Of a stretch of 64,000 bases of DNA, positions 1 to 12,039 are shown one piece after another. The stretch spans positions 81,594,001 through 81,658,000 of the forward strand of contig OZ076409.1 in the NCBI GenBank assembly GCA_964187785.1, given 5' to 3'. Source of the DNA: Amphiscolops sp. MND2022 (Eukaryota). The position numbers and the translations under genes are program-made. The notes beneath the pieces are model-generated. The model was not told where the DNA came from, searched no databases, and was given only the letters and a program-made list of their open reading frames with translations. Numbering within the stretch: position 1 is the first letter of the stretch; each line of letters begins with the position of its first letter.

Positions 1-843
1 CTGAAAGCGACGAAGCCGATACGTTTCCGATCGATACTGGTAATCCAGTCACCAGTACGCCGCTCCATGAAACTTCGCAACATGATTTTTATTTTCCATT
101 CCGCGAAGACTTTTCGGATGTCAAGAAAACACCGACATGTGATGATTCAAAATCAACGACTGGGTCCAATAAGTCTATCAGCTCAGGGGAAACGGAGGAA
201 TACTGTGTGTCCAGTCTTCTTTCAGCTGAAAATGATGGAAATGAAGAAGTGCCTCAGACGGATTCCCTATATCCTGGATCTTCAGTGAGACTTGACGTCT
301 TCGTACGCGCCATTGAAGCTATTGCCGTTAGTAACTCGTTATCCGATAAAGCAGTAAGGGACATACTCAGATTAATTCAAACGATTTTGCCTGAGAGTAA
401 CAAATGTCCCAGTGAGAGAAATCTGAAGCGTTCTCGTAGATCACTCTGCCGTTTTGTGACAAAAGATTGTGGTTCCGGGACGCTAGCGGTTCTTTCACCG
501 GTTGATGAATTAGAAGCGATTCTCAAGGAAAACTTTTCATCCATTTTGAAATATGACTCAGAGAAAGAGAAACAAGATCTGAAGCTGCCTCGAATAGACT
601 TGACCAACCGTGAGCCACAGTTTACTGCGCATATATTACTGAACGTAGACGGAGTTACTCTCGTGAAGTCCTCAAATTGCAGTCTATAGCCTGTGTGGCT
701 CGCATTGGCCAACTTACCACCTGTTTTACGTTCTTCTTTCAAGAACTTGGCTCTTGCTAGTCTTTGGTTTGGATACGGCAAACCAGACTGGGAAGTAGTT
801 GTTGAAATGTTGCGAAAACAATTGGAAGAAGTGAGGTTAATAG
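1..843 (+). repeat. Near-identical copy of 2368-3210 (5' part of the CMC transposase); probably the end of a ~2367-bp tandem duplication unit that starts before the window
   Basis: ORFs 67..288 and 2434..2655 are identical (offset 2367). Identity ends after GTGAGGTTAATAG at 843/3210. Only isolated substitutions (e.g. GAT vs GTT, D/V), and both copies share the TAG stop. Confidence 0.95.
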
Positions 844-1379
844 TGGAGCTTTCGTGGAGCAGTTTCTATAACTTAAAATGTTCCATTTTATACTAACCAT
901 TTGTATACAAGGGTTCGATGTTTCAATTGCTTCAATAGTTTCTTTGAAGGGAGAGCCTCTATTAGGCTGCCCACTTACTTTATCCCTGAGGTGAATCTGT
1001 GTTTTATAATTGTTGTTGAAATTATTCTTATTCTCAAGAAGCTTTTCCTTGATAATTGAGTTTTTCTTGTTAATCGATTTTGAATGAGTTCGTTAATTTC
1101 CATTCGTTTTGACATCCAAACGTTTCTTGACCAATTTTCATCTCAACGGTTTCTGAACTTGCATGAAGCAGATTCTTTAGTTTCGAAACGTTCCTTTTTT
1201 CAGCCAACCGTTTGTGTACAAAGCTTCGATGTTTCAATTGCTTTAATGTTGTTACTGATAATTTTGTTTGAAATAAAGGCTTCATTTCATTCTCTTACTG
1301 TTCAAAAACAAAACATTAAGCATAGCTCTATCCTAATTCACTTCTTTCGAACTATTTTTCAGATTACGCTGATGTTTTA

Positions 1380-1973
1380 TTGATGCAGGCTTTTCATTCT
1401 CAACCGTACCGCATACTCGCTGAATGCGACGGTCATCTTTTCCGGAGCACATATGAGTTACATGATCGTTCTCATACTACTTTCTTCCGTCTTCTTAACG
1501 GTAAATTTTACATGAACCTTCTCAGGAACAAAAAAGCAGCTCGTTTGAATCATATACTGAAGAAAACATACGAAGAAGGTGAAAAATGTGGGGTAAAGTT
1601 TGCAGAGGATGACTACAATGGTTATGGAAGCTTCAACGCCACAACGACCAATTTGAACCCTAAGCAAGATTTTTCCTTGATTGGGCTTCTGGCGAAGCTA
1701 CCCGCATTTGAAGAAGATAATTGTGAGCTGTCTGTGTTCCGCAAAACACGCAGATGTAGTTACAGTCAGCTTATGGTAGGTCCTGCTAGGTTTGTTAATC
1801 ATGGGTGCGAGCCGAATGCCGTTTATTCCGCTGGTTTCTTTGAAGGACATAAGTGTGTTAAAATTGAATTTACAAAAACTATTAGGCCTGGTGAAGAAAT
1901 TGTTGTGCGCTACGCACATGACTACTTTGGGGAAGATAACATCGACTGCAGATGGTGGTGTCCGAGGGCGTGA
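1380..1973 (+). pseudogene. SET-domain lysine methyltransferase, Suv4-20/KMT5B-like (H4K20); post-SET region probably frameshifted
   Basis: LSVFRKTRRCSYSQLMVGPARFVNHGCEPN...IRPGEEIVVRYAHDYFGEDNIDC resembles the Suv4-20 pattern FSVM.STRK.CAQLWLGPAAFINHDC.PN...I.PGEEI.C.YG..FFGENNE.C. Deleting 1 nt near 1953 gives CRCGVRG, a post-SET-like motif. Confidence 0.85.
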
Positions 1974-2318
1974 AATTCACGAATCAATTAATCAAGCAAC
2001 GAAGTCGAATTGAACAGCATCTGTCACCAGAAAAAGCTTCAACAGAACTCCCTCGCTACTTGCTGCTCATGACGTGATTGCTAGCAAGAGAAGGCGAAAG
2101 GTTCTCTATGTAGAATCTGACACGTCTTCCGACCAGGGTTATCGGATTAGAAATCAAATCTTTTCATTAAAAAAAACATTGTTTTCATCGTGAATCAGCT
2201 TTTCATTTCCTTCAAAAAATGAGAAAGTAATCGAACCTTTCGTCGTTGCTTTAATTGTCTCAAAGAGAGACAAAAGCAAAAATTGTCTTGAGCTGAAAAT
2301 TAAATAGTTTGCTTTTGA

Positions 2319-4948
2319 ATGACAATAGAATGTTATTTAATTTCCGGAAACCCCTTTCTAGACTCAACTGAAAGCGACGAAGCCGATACGTTTCCGATCG
2401 ATACTGGTAATCCAGTCACCAGTACGCCGCTCCATGAAACTTCGCAACATGATTTTTATTTTCCATTCCGCGAAGACTTTTCGGATGTCAAGAAAACACC
2501 GACATGTGATGATTCAAAATCAACGACTGGGTCCAATAAGTCTATCAGCTCAGGGGAAACGGAGGAATACTGTGTGTCCAGTCTTCTTTCAGCTGAAAAT
2601 GATGGAAATGAAGAAGTGCCTCAGACGGATTCCCTATATCCTGGATCTTCAGTGAGACTTGACGTCTTCGTACGCGCCATTGAAGCTATTGCCGTTAGTA
2701 ATTCGTTATCCGATAAAGCAGTAAGGGACATACTCAGATTAATTCAAACGATTTTGCCTGAGAGTAACAAATGTCCCAGTGAGAGAAATCTGAAGCGTTC
2801 TCGTAGATCACTCTGCCGTTTTGTGACAAAAGATTGTGGTTCCGGGACGCTAGCGGTTCTTTCACCGGTTGTTGAATTAGAAGCGATTCTCAAGGAAAAC
2901 TTTTCATCCATTTTGAAATATGACTCAGAGAAAGAGAAACAAGATCTGAAGCTGCCTCGAATAGACTTGACCAACCGTGAGCCACAGTTTACTGCGCATA
3001 TATTACTGAACGTAGACGGAGTTACTCTCGTGAAGTCCTCAAATTGCAGTCTATAGCCTGTGTGGCTCGCATTGGCCAACTTACCACCTGTTTTACGTTC
3101 TTCTTTCAAGAACTTGGCTCTTGCTAGTCTTTGGTTTGGATACGGCAAACCAGACTGGGAAGTAGTTGTTGAAATGTTGCGAAAACAATTGGAAGAAGTG
3201 AGGTTAATAGAGTTGAGAGGCTGTGTGTTACGAGTTGACTTCCGCTTGGTGCTTCTGATTGCAGATTTACCAGCGAAAGTTTCCATACTTCATCATAGGC
3301 AGTTTAATGGCGAATACGGTTGTAATTTATGCTACTCTCCGGGGACTGTGATAAAATGTACAGGGCGCTCTGGGAAAACATCATACGTGAGAATCTACGA
3401 AGCTGATTGTGAAATTCGAATGAGAGATAGAGCTTCTCATTTGATGCATCTCTCAGAAATTGATCAACTCCAAGGTCAGTGATGCCCAGAAAAGAAAAAT
3501 AAATATCCATGCTTTGTTCCGTATAATTTTGTTTCACATTCTGAAGAAAATGTATGGTATTAGGCTAGGTTAATCTTACAAACATCGTGGAAAAAATCAT
3601 ATAGATTAACTAGATTTTGAAAACTAGGAGAAAAAGGATAATTCCGTTCAAGATTTTTGCTCACCATTTTCAATGCGCTGCTGAGAAGTAATCAAAAATA
3701 AAAAACTGAATGAAGATGTTAAGGTACCGCGGTTAGCAACCTCAAAGGTTGCTGAGTTTTCCTTTATCAGTCGGTTTACATGGAGCCGTATGAGAATTCT
3801 CATCCGATCTGGACATCACTACCAAGGTCGAAAACACAAAAATGGTGTGCTCGGAGTTCTGGGTCATTCACCTCTTGAAAAGCTCTTGGCGAACTTACCA
3901 TTAACTGCTCCCATTGATTATATGCATCAAGTTCTTTCGGGCGTCACACGAAGTTTTTTTCCTTGCTGTCCAGAAACTATCGCGCCAAGATTGCGAAGAA
4001 GTGAACCGAACGCTAATGTCGATCAGAGTACCGAATGTTTTGAGTCGTTCTCCTAGACCTTTGAATGAGCTCAAACATTATAAAGCAAGTGAGTTTGAAG
4101 TATGGCTTTTGTACGTGGGTCCAATCGTCTTTAAGCTGCTCAATAGAACACTTTATTCGGCATTTTTGAAATTAGCTTGCGCTGTGCGACTCCTCCATGA
4201 GCACGATCACATGCTAGAATATTGTGACTTGTTGCTGAATGATTTTTGTAAGACTATCTGCTCAATTGACCCAAAACTACAAACTTATAATCTGCATTCT
4301 CTCAGGCATCTATCGTGGCAGGTGAAAAACTTTGGCCCTCTTTGGGCAACTTCGGCAACTTGTTTCGAATCTGCACATCACCTTTTATCAGTAAAGTTCA
4401 CTGGCAGTGTTAACCATCTGGAGCTTCTGATTGAAAGATACACTAGGTCGAAAGAATTGTCCCGAGTAGCCACAGATAACTGTCCACTCACAACTTTCTG
4501 CAACGAAATCCTGAAGATGAAAACACGCTTTGAGCCCAAGTACCGTATGGTGTCGTCCGATCTCATGAAAAAGTACCAAGAAAGAGGCTTCGATGTTAGC
4601 GCAAGGTTGAAGATTGGCAAAATTATCTTTGAATCAAAGAGCTACATGCCATCTCAAGCAACTAGTTTTGTAGAGTTCCAAAGTAAGGACAAACTCCGTG
4701 TCGGTCAGATACAGTTTTTCTACAAGGCATTTGGTATTGATCACTGTTTCATCAGGGAGTTTGATATTAGTGCAAACAATTCTCACAGTCAAATTGTTCC
4801 TCTCGTTGAACCATTGGTTTTCAGTAAAAATACCGAGCTAGAAGTGGAATCTGTAGAAGTTAAAGATATCAAATCTACTTTGATGCGGTTAGACTTCAAC
4901 AAGAAGACTCACTTTGTGAGAGTCCTATCTCATTTTCACCACGATTAA
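2319..4948 (+). pseudogene. CMC/EnSpm (CACTA-type) DDE transposase, disrupted
   Basis: Motifs LNVDGV, SL*PVW (TAG 3054-3056, likely ex-TGG), IADLPAK, FNGEYGCNLC, PIDYMH, YKASE, NLHSLRHL..QVKNFGPLWATSATCFES. Lesions: the stop, a MITE at 3477-3821, and a frameshift in the T-run at ~3953-3960. Confidence 0.85.
3477..3821. mobile_element. hAT-like MITE (345 bp) inserted in the transposase
   Basis: TIRs CAGTGATGCCCAGA / TCTGGACATCACTA. Flanking duplication CCAAGGT(C) at 3470 and 3822. Removing it restores the reading frame QLQGRKHKNGVLGV. Confidence 0.85.
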
Positions 4949-5239
4949 AACAATAGCTGAAACATTTCTCAATCATGGCAGGTCCTATGTTTTGATGACA
5001 AAAACTTTCTTGCGGAAGAGCCTCTTTTTAGGTTGTCTAGCAAGAACTGAATGTGTTTCGCAAATGTTATTGAGCGTTTGATGTGTGATATCTCCAAAAC
5101 AAGGTCAATGTCTTTGATATACGCCATTTGAATTCAAATTTCAACGGTGCTCAGTCTTTTTTTCCAATCGTGGCCAATTTACCATTTTCAAATCTTGTAA
5201 TTGTTTTTCATTTTACGTATATTGTTAGAAAACTGGTGG

Positions 5240-5425
5240 TTTCAGATCAATTTTAGAGAAAATGTAGAATTATTATTTGTATTTAGGTCAATGCCTCGAC
5301 CGATTTCGACCTGAATTCTGAAATTATATGGTCTAATACCTTTGAATCGTACTTTAGTTTTGTTGATACCTTTTTTTCGAGAAATCTTGTTACAAAACGC
5401 TTCTTTTCGGATCTATTTTAAGAAA
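5240..5425. repeat. Isolated, diverged monomer of the 173-bp satellite
   Basis: TTCAGATCAATTTTAGAGAAAATGTAGAATT...GAGAAATCTTGTTACAAAACGC matches the array at 5941-8000. Confidence 0.85.
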
Positions 5426-5940
5426 ATAGGCCCCTCGGGGCACACGATTATTTCTGTTTTTTAAATCTTTCATTTTCGATAAAAGAATCAGATTTGGAAT
5501 ATCAATACACTCCCTTTCATCTTTTATTTTCGATAACAGAATCAAATCTGGTTTATCAATTCACTCCTGTGCAATCATTATTTAGCGCACAATTATTCAC
5601 TGAACCAGTTTATACCGCCTTTAAATCTCGGAATAAAGCAAATATAACTACTAAGCGTAGACGAAGTTTCGCATTTGCCTTTGAATGCAGGCGAAGCTCT
5701 CGGCGAATTATTAACACTCGTCCGCTTCATCTCAATAACTCGGCATACGAAAGCATAAATACCACTCGCTCGCTTCATCGCACGAGAGTTTAATTTTCGT
5801 CGGCAGCTTGAGAAATTTTGATCTCTCGCCTACACTCACTGCCGAACAAAATATTCAGTAGATACAAACAAAAATTTCACTGGAGAAAAAGCAAAGCTTT
5901 CAGATTTCTATATTATTCCTGCTTTGTAGAAATTATATAG

Positions 5941-8000
5941 ATGTAGAATTATTCTCGTTTGTATCTGGATCAATGCCCTGTCCAATTTTGAACTGAATTT
6001 TGCATTCTATGGTCTTATACCTATGAATAGTACTGTATGTAGTTTCGTTGATTTCATGTCTTTTTTCAAGAATTCTTGTTACAAAACGCCTCTTTTCAGA
6101 TCAATTCTAGAGAATATGCAGAATTATTCTAGTTTGTATCTAGATCAATACGTCGTCCGATTTCGAACTGAATTCTGCAAGTATATGGTCTAATACCTAA
6201 GAAGCGTAATGTAGTTTTGTAGATTTCATGTCTTCTATTTCGAGAAATCTTTTACAAAACGCTTCTCTTAAGATCACTTTTAGAGAAATAGTAGAGTTAT
6301 TCTAATTTGTATTTTGATCACTGCCTCGACCAATTTCGAAATGAATTTGGCATCTATATGGCCTAATACCTATGAATCGTGCTGTAGTTTTGCTGATTTC
6401 ATGTCCTCTTTTCGAGAAATCTTGTTACAAAATGCTTGTTTTCAGATCAATTTTAGAGAAAAAGTAGAGTTATTCTAGTTTGTATTTTGATCACTGCCTC
6501 GACCAATTTCGAAATGAATTTTGCATCTATATGGCCTAATACATATGAATCGTACTGTAGTTTTGCTGATTTCATGTCCTTTTTACGAGAAATCTTGTTA
6601 CAAAACGCTTGTTTTCAGATCAGTATTAGAGAAAATGTAGAGTTATTATAGTTTGTTTTTTGATCACTGCCTCGACCCATTTCGAAATGAATTTTGCATC
6701 TATATGGCCTAATACCTATGAATCGTGCTGTAGTTTTGCTGATTTCATGTCCTCTTTTCGAGAAATCTTGTTACAAAATGCTTGTTTTCAGATCATTTTC
6801 AGAGAAAATGTAGAGTTATTCTAGTTTGTGTTTTGATCACTGCCTCGACCAATTTCGAAATGAATTTTGCATCTATATGGCCTAATACATATGAATCGTA
6901 CTGTAGTTTTGCTGATTTCATGTCCTTTTTTCGAGAAATCTTGTTACAAAACGCTTGTTTTCAGATCAATTTTAGAGAAAATGTAGAATGATTCTAGTTT
7001 GTATCTAGATCAATGCCTCGTCCGATTTCGAAATGAATTTTGCATCTATATGGCCTAATACCTATGAATCGTGCTGTAGTTTTGCTGATTTCATGTCCTC
7101 TTTTCGAGAAATCTTGTTACAAAATGCTTGTTTTCAGATCAATTTTAGAGAAAATGTAGAGTTATTCTAGTTTGTATTTTGATCACTGCCTCGGCCAATT
7201 TCGAAATGAATTTTGCATCTATATGGCCCAATACATATGAATCGTACTGTAGTTTTGCTGATTTCATGTCCTTTTTTCGAGAAATCTTGTTACAAAATGC
7301 TTGTTTTCAGATCATTTTCAGAGAAAATGTAGAGTTATTCTAGTTTGTATTTTGATCACTGCCTCGACCAATTTCGAAATGAATTTTGCATCTATATGGC
7401 CTAATACATATGAATCGTACTGTAGTTTTGCTGATTTCATGTCCTTTTTTCGAGAAATCTTGTTACAAAACGCTTGTTTTCAGATCAATTTTAGAGAAAA
7501 TGTAGAATGATTCTAGTTTGTATCTAGATCAATGCCTCGTCCGATTTCGAAATGAATTTTGCATCTATATGGCCTAATACCTATGAATCGTGCTGTAGTT
7601 TTGCTGATTTCATGTCCTCTTTTCGAGAAATCTTGTTACAAAATGCTTGTTTTCAGATCAATTTTAGAGAAAATGTAGAGTTATTCTAGTTTGTATTTTG
7701 ATCACTGCCTCGACCAATTTCGAAATGAATTTTGCATCTATATGGCCCAATACATATGAATCGTACTGTAGTTTTGCTGATTTCATGTCCTTTTTTCGAG
7801 AAATCTTGTTACAAATCGCTTATTTTCAGATCAATTTTAGAGAAAATGTAGAATGATTCTAGTTTGTATCTAGATCAATGCCTCGTCCGATTCCGAACTA
7901 AATTCTGCATCTATATGGTCTAATACCTATGAATCGTACTGTAGTTTTGCTGATTTCATGTCTTTTTTTTTCGAGAAATCTTGCTACAAAACTCCTCTTT
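5941..8000. repeat. Tandem satellite, 173-bp unit, about 12 copies, with a 519-bp (3-mer) higher-order repeat
   Basis: The anchor GTAGA(G/A)T recurs every 173 bp (e.g. 6463, 6636, 6809, 6982, 7155, 7328, 7501, 7674, 7847). Near-identical ORFs at 6782 and 7301 (offset 519). Confidence 0.95.
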
Positions 8001-8293
8001 CCAATTGAGATCTTAGTTTTTGGGACTCGCCGGAGGCCACGTTCTCGTCGTGAGTCCTGTCACGTGTGGTATATCTATAATATACCGCACTAGCAGAGAG
8101 CCTCCAACCCAGAATAAGAACATTTTTCGATTACTGAATGCTTTGCTTTCAGTTGAACTGAATGTCCGACATTATGCTTCTAACTTCATTTTGTTTCAGC
8201 TCAAGTAATGGATAGTGGTCAAAAATAGGACCATATCCATCTTTTTTCAAGGCAGTTTTGGCTATCGGAACGGCCCGTTTCAAATTTTTTTCA

Positions 8294-8433
8294 GCCATGG
8301 CACATGGATTTCCATCCATGATTCATCCATGATTCATGGATTTCCATACATTGCCCATGTCATGGGCCATGCCATGGCGAGCCATGAATCATGGATGAAT
8401 CATGGATGACGGGCCATGGCGTGACAACCTGGG
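8294..8433. mobile_element. Orphan right terminus of a CCC...GGG EnSpm-type element with CATG-rich subterminal repeats
   Basis: Dense CCATGG/CATG motifs ending ...GCCATGGCGTGACAACCTGGG. Same style as the ends of the complete elements at 16240 and 21248. No matching left end seen in the window. Confidence 0.6.
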
Positions 8434-8528
8434 TTAGCATACAATTCGAGATAGTTCCAGGGGTGAATTTTTGCTCAAAACATATATTTGTCTGCATAAC
8501 CATAACTAAAAGTGGTCAATGATAGCAA

Positions 8529-8674
8529 TAATTGCACAACTAACGATAATTATTAACATAAGTATACTTATGTTAATAATTATCGTTAGTTGTGCAATTA
8601 CACAATAATTGCACAACTAACGATAATTATTAACATAAGTATACTTATGTTAATAATTATCGTTAGTTGTGCAA
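8529..8674. repeat. Two tandem perfect, spacer-less palindromes (72 bp at 8529-8600; 66 bp at 8609-8674), each centred on GTATAC
   Basis: TAATTGCACAACTAACGATAATTATTAACATAAGTA|TACTTATGTTAATAATTATCGTTAGTTGTGCAATTA, repeated with period 77. Confidence 0.95.
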
Positions 8675-8814
8675 CTCTATAGAGTCAATAATAATAGACG
8701 GTTCCTAATACATTAGCTAAAAGACAAATTCTATTTCCGACGACGAAAAACTTCAAAAATATTCAGCGTTAACGATAGACTATGTTGCCTGAGCTTCCAA
8801 GAAAGTAATTCTAG

Positions 8815-11271
8815 GTCCGATTATGGCACTCTCTTCCAGTCGCCGCTTAGTGGTCATGTCTTCAATGGGAATGCTGTCATTGATTATGAAACAAGCACCA
8901 TGTTCTTCATATTCAATTTCTGCCCTTTGCCATGTGTGGAAAACATTTACGCTAACTACGTCGTGGAGTCATTAGATGATGGAAAGACTTGGTCAACGCC
9001 CAGAAACATCTCCCATCAGATATCTTCAATTATGTACAATGGGCAGTGATGACCAATGATGAAATTTTAAGGAAAAAAACTTCTTTTTTTAAAAAATAGT
9101 AAAAATCGTCAGAAAATGAAATTAGCATGTACAGTTCAAATATGGTTTGTTATCGCTGCAGTGAAATAATTGTTTTGAATTTTTTATTATAATGTATGCA
9201 TCATGATGGTATCCTCAGAGATTCTGTGTATAGATGCACCTATAATTAGTGTCCCTCTAAAACTGAAGATTTTGAAATACTAATCAAATAGAGAAAATTT
9301 TATTTAACTTGATTGTGAATTTGAAATAAAAGTATAAGGTACAAACATTATTTACATAGGTAAAGATTTTTTCGACCTTGTATTTAACGGGAAATGTGCC
9401 TATGTAAATAATTTTTGCACCATATAGTTTTATTTCAAATTCTCAACCAAAGTTATATAAAAAAATTGATTAGAATATCAAAAAATAATGCATTTATTGA
9501 ATTTTCCTGATGGTATGATTCCTTGAATGAAACCGGTCATACTTGTAACCATGTAGGGGGTCCCTCTCTGGGTGTACAGAAAAAGCACCCGCCTTATAAG
9601 GGGCGCTTGGTTGCATGCGGACATGCAGGTATAAATCTCTACACTGACGGACAGTACTGCATCTACAGTGATGACCATGGAAAGACGTGGGCAATGGGAA
9701 AACCCGTGTTGGGCATTCCTTACAATGCACATAAAAACGTGGGGGACTTTTTACCTGATGAAAGTACAATTGTTGAACTGCCGAATGGGGATATACTGGC
9801 AAATACGAGAAACCAGTACCACTATCACTGTAGCTGCAGGTGGCAAAACCTTTCAGTTTCAATTTCTTTAAAAAGTTGAGCAAAATTTTAAAAGTTAGTT
9901 ACGCTTCACCTCTGAAAATTTTCGGTTTTTTGAGAGTTTACACGAAATTTTTTCAAAAGTACTCATTATGCTCTGTTGGGAAACATTTATAATATGCAGA
10001 TTGAGAAAAAGTCATTTGATTGTAATTTGAATATTAATCTATTGAGTTGAGTAATTTCTGAAAAACCATGTGGCGAGTAATGCTTGTCGTTGATTTACAG
10101 AAATGTTTAAATTTCTTCACTCAAAAGGTTGAAAAAGGTACGAATTTTGATTCTTTTAAAATGATTTAAGAACTTTGAGAGCTAGCTATATGTTACTTGA
10201 AATTGACTTTTTTTTCATTGTAGGTTCACTTTGATTTCGAAAGATGGTGGAGAGAGTTTCGACAGAAAGTTGATAAGAATGAACGAAGAACTTTTGGACC
10301 CAGCTTGTGCAGGGGGGATGGCTATTTACAATGAGGAGCTTCTTCTCTTCACAAATCCAAACAGCACCACGCTAAGGTGAGCCGAGAGCTGTTCGGGATA
10401 AAGATAGTGCAATTGACCTTGGGCTGACCTAAAATTGTGCTATTCTGAGTTTTGGAAAGGTTAAACACTACAGTGCCCCCATGAAGAGAAAACTTTGTCA
10501 CAGATTAAAAAAGATAATTTTAGAAATGGTCTTCCTTCTGTATAAATTTTTAGTTATTTCAAGAGATATTTATTTTTCTCGGAAAATTTGACCTGACCTC
10601 ATGGTAACATTCGCATGGTAAGATCCAGAGATAATTTGATTTACAAGTACAATAGATCATGGAAAGACGAAACAGAATAGAAACCTCCCTCTGCAAAACA
10701 AAATATGCAGGAATTTTTAAAATGGTGCTAGTCTCTCTTTGATCGTTTCGAATTTCTGTCGGTCTATGATACCTTATCCTTGCAAATCAAACCAAATGAA
10801 AGTAGATAAATTAGTCAAAATTATACTATAAGGATGTATCCATGAGATGCATGGAATGAATCTGAATTAAAAAACAGATCTGATCATGCTACAATGGGGA
10901 TCGATGCTTTACATAACTCTGTTCAAAAGGCTTTTGGCAATGATGCTGCTCAAATTATGCAATGAAACCTCTCATGTGCACAGCAGATTATTTGGTGTGC
11001 AAATCACAAAATCCATAATGGAAACTAATTCGCGTATTCTTGCAGGGAAAATTTGACACTGAAATGGTCTAAAGACTATGGTTATACCTGGAGCGAAGGC
11101 ATTATGATCTGGCCGATGGGAGCAGGCTATTCCACGATTGCAGCCTACCCGAGTTATGACCCGACTTCAGAACGGACACGAGTGTATGTTGCTTATGAGA
11201 GGTCACTTACAGTTGGAACTATTACGTCACTCAATGTAGCAGTCATTGACCTCTTCGGTCAACTGAACTGA
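8815..11271 (+). CDS. NEU1: Sialidase (GH33, NEU1-like), 3' exons 8815-9041, 9557-9839, 10224-10376, 11046-11271; N-terminal exons not found in the window
   Basis: Asp-boxes SLDDGKTW, SDDHGKTW, SKDGGESF, SKDYGYTW. GPSLGVQKKHPPYKGRLVACGH, NTRNQYHYHCSCR, RENLTLKWS, GYS and VAYE match NEU1. Intron phases are consistent; the first donor reads GG. Confidence 0.9.
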
Positions 11272-12039
11272 ATTCGAGTTCAAGATAATCAGATCGATAA
11301 GAACTGAAACTTGAAAACCAGTCTATTAGCGCTCTATAGATTTTAAACAAAACTGTCTAGTTTCATTCATTAGTGTTACTTCTGCAAACAATTTGCTTGA
11401 ACGTTTATAAAAGAGTTTATAAAAGAGCACTTTCCAACAGCTTTACAAAACGTTCCCAAAAATGTTGCCGTTCTATATATGGCATTGTTGCAGCTTTGGA
11501 TAAGCGTTTTTCAATTCTTCGGTCTAGCTGATTCCTCATTTTCAGTTTTGCGTCAACTTAAAATAGACTTTCCATACCCTCATGAACCTGAAAGCAACAG
11601 GCAAATATGAAACATTACAAAGCTAAATGGTTTATGATATTTGTAGTCAGATCCGTCCACTTCTTCGGAGAACAGATGGAGCAAATATTGTTCGTACGGT
11701 AAGGGCCGTTTGACCTAGCTAGCACCCTATATTCGAATTGTTGACCTTGTATCTGAAGTAAGTTGCGTTTCAATAGAAAGGGGTGTGAGAAATGATGCGC
11801 TATATTTAAAGTTTTGACGTTATATCCGAACAATATTGCGTTTTACTAAAAAGGAGGCGAAGGTTCGAAATCATTGCTCAGTATCCGTTTACTAAAGAGG
11901 ATGCCGATGTTCAAAAACGTTTCCACGTGACCCAGCACGCTTTATATGAACCTTTTACGTTTTATCCGAAGTAAATTGCGTTCTACTAAGGAGGTTGCGC
12001 ATGTTCAAATTTTGTGCTATATCCAAGTTTTTCAAGTAA

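Noticed and set aside
2744..3286. Minus-strand ORFs overlapping the transposase, gag and pol
   Set aside because: Shadow frames of real coding sequence on the opposite strand, with no independent motifs.
3475..3770. GT-AG intron in the CMC transposase
   Set aside because: Splicing leads to a stop within a few codons. TIRs and a target duplication explain the interruption as a MITE.
5941..8000. CRISPR array or repeated 69-aa protein
   Set aside because: Whole 173-bp units repeat with no unique spacers, there are no cas genes, and the context is eukaryotic. The ORFs are by-products of the satellite.
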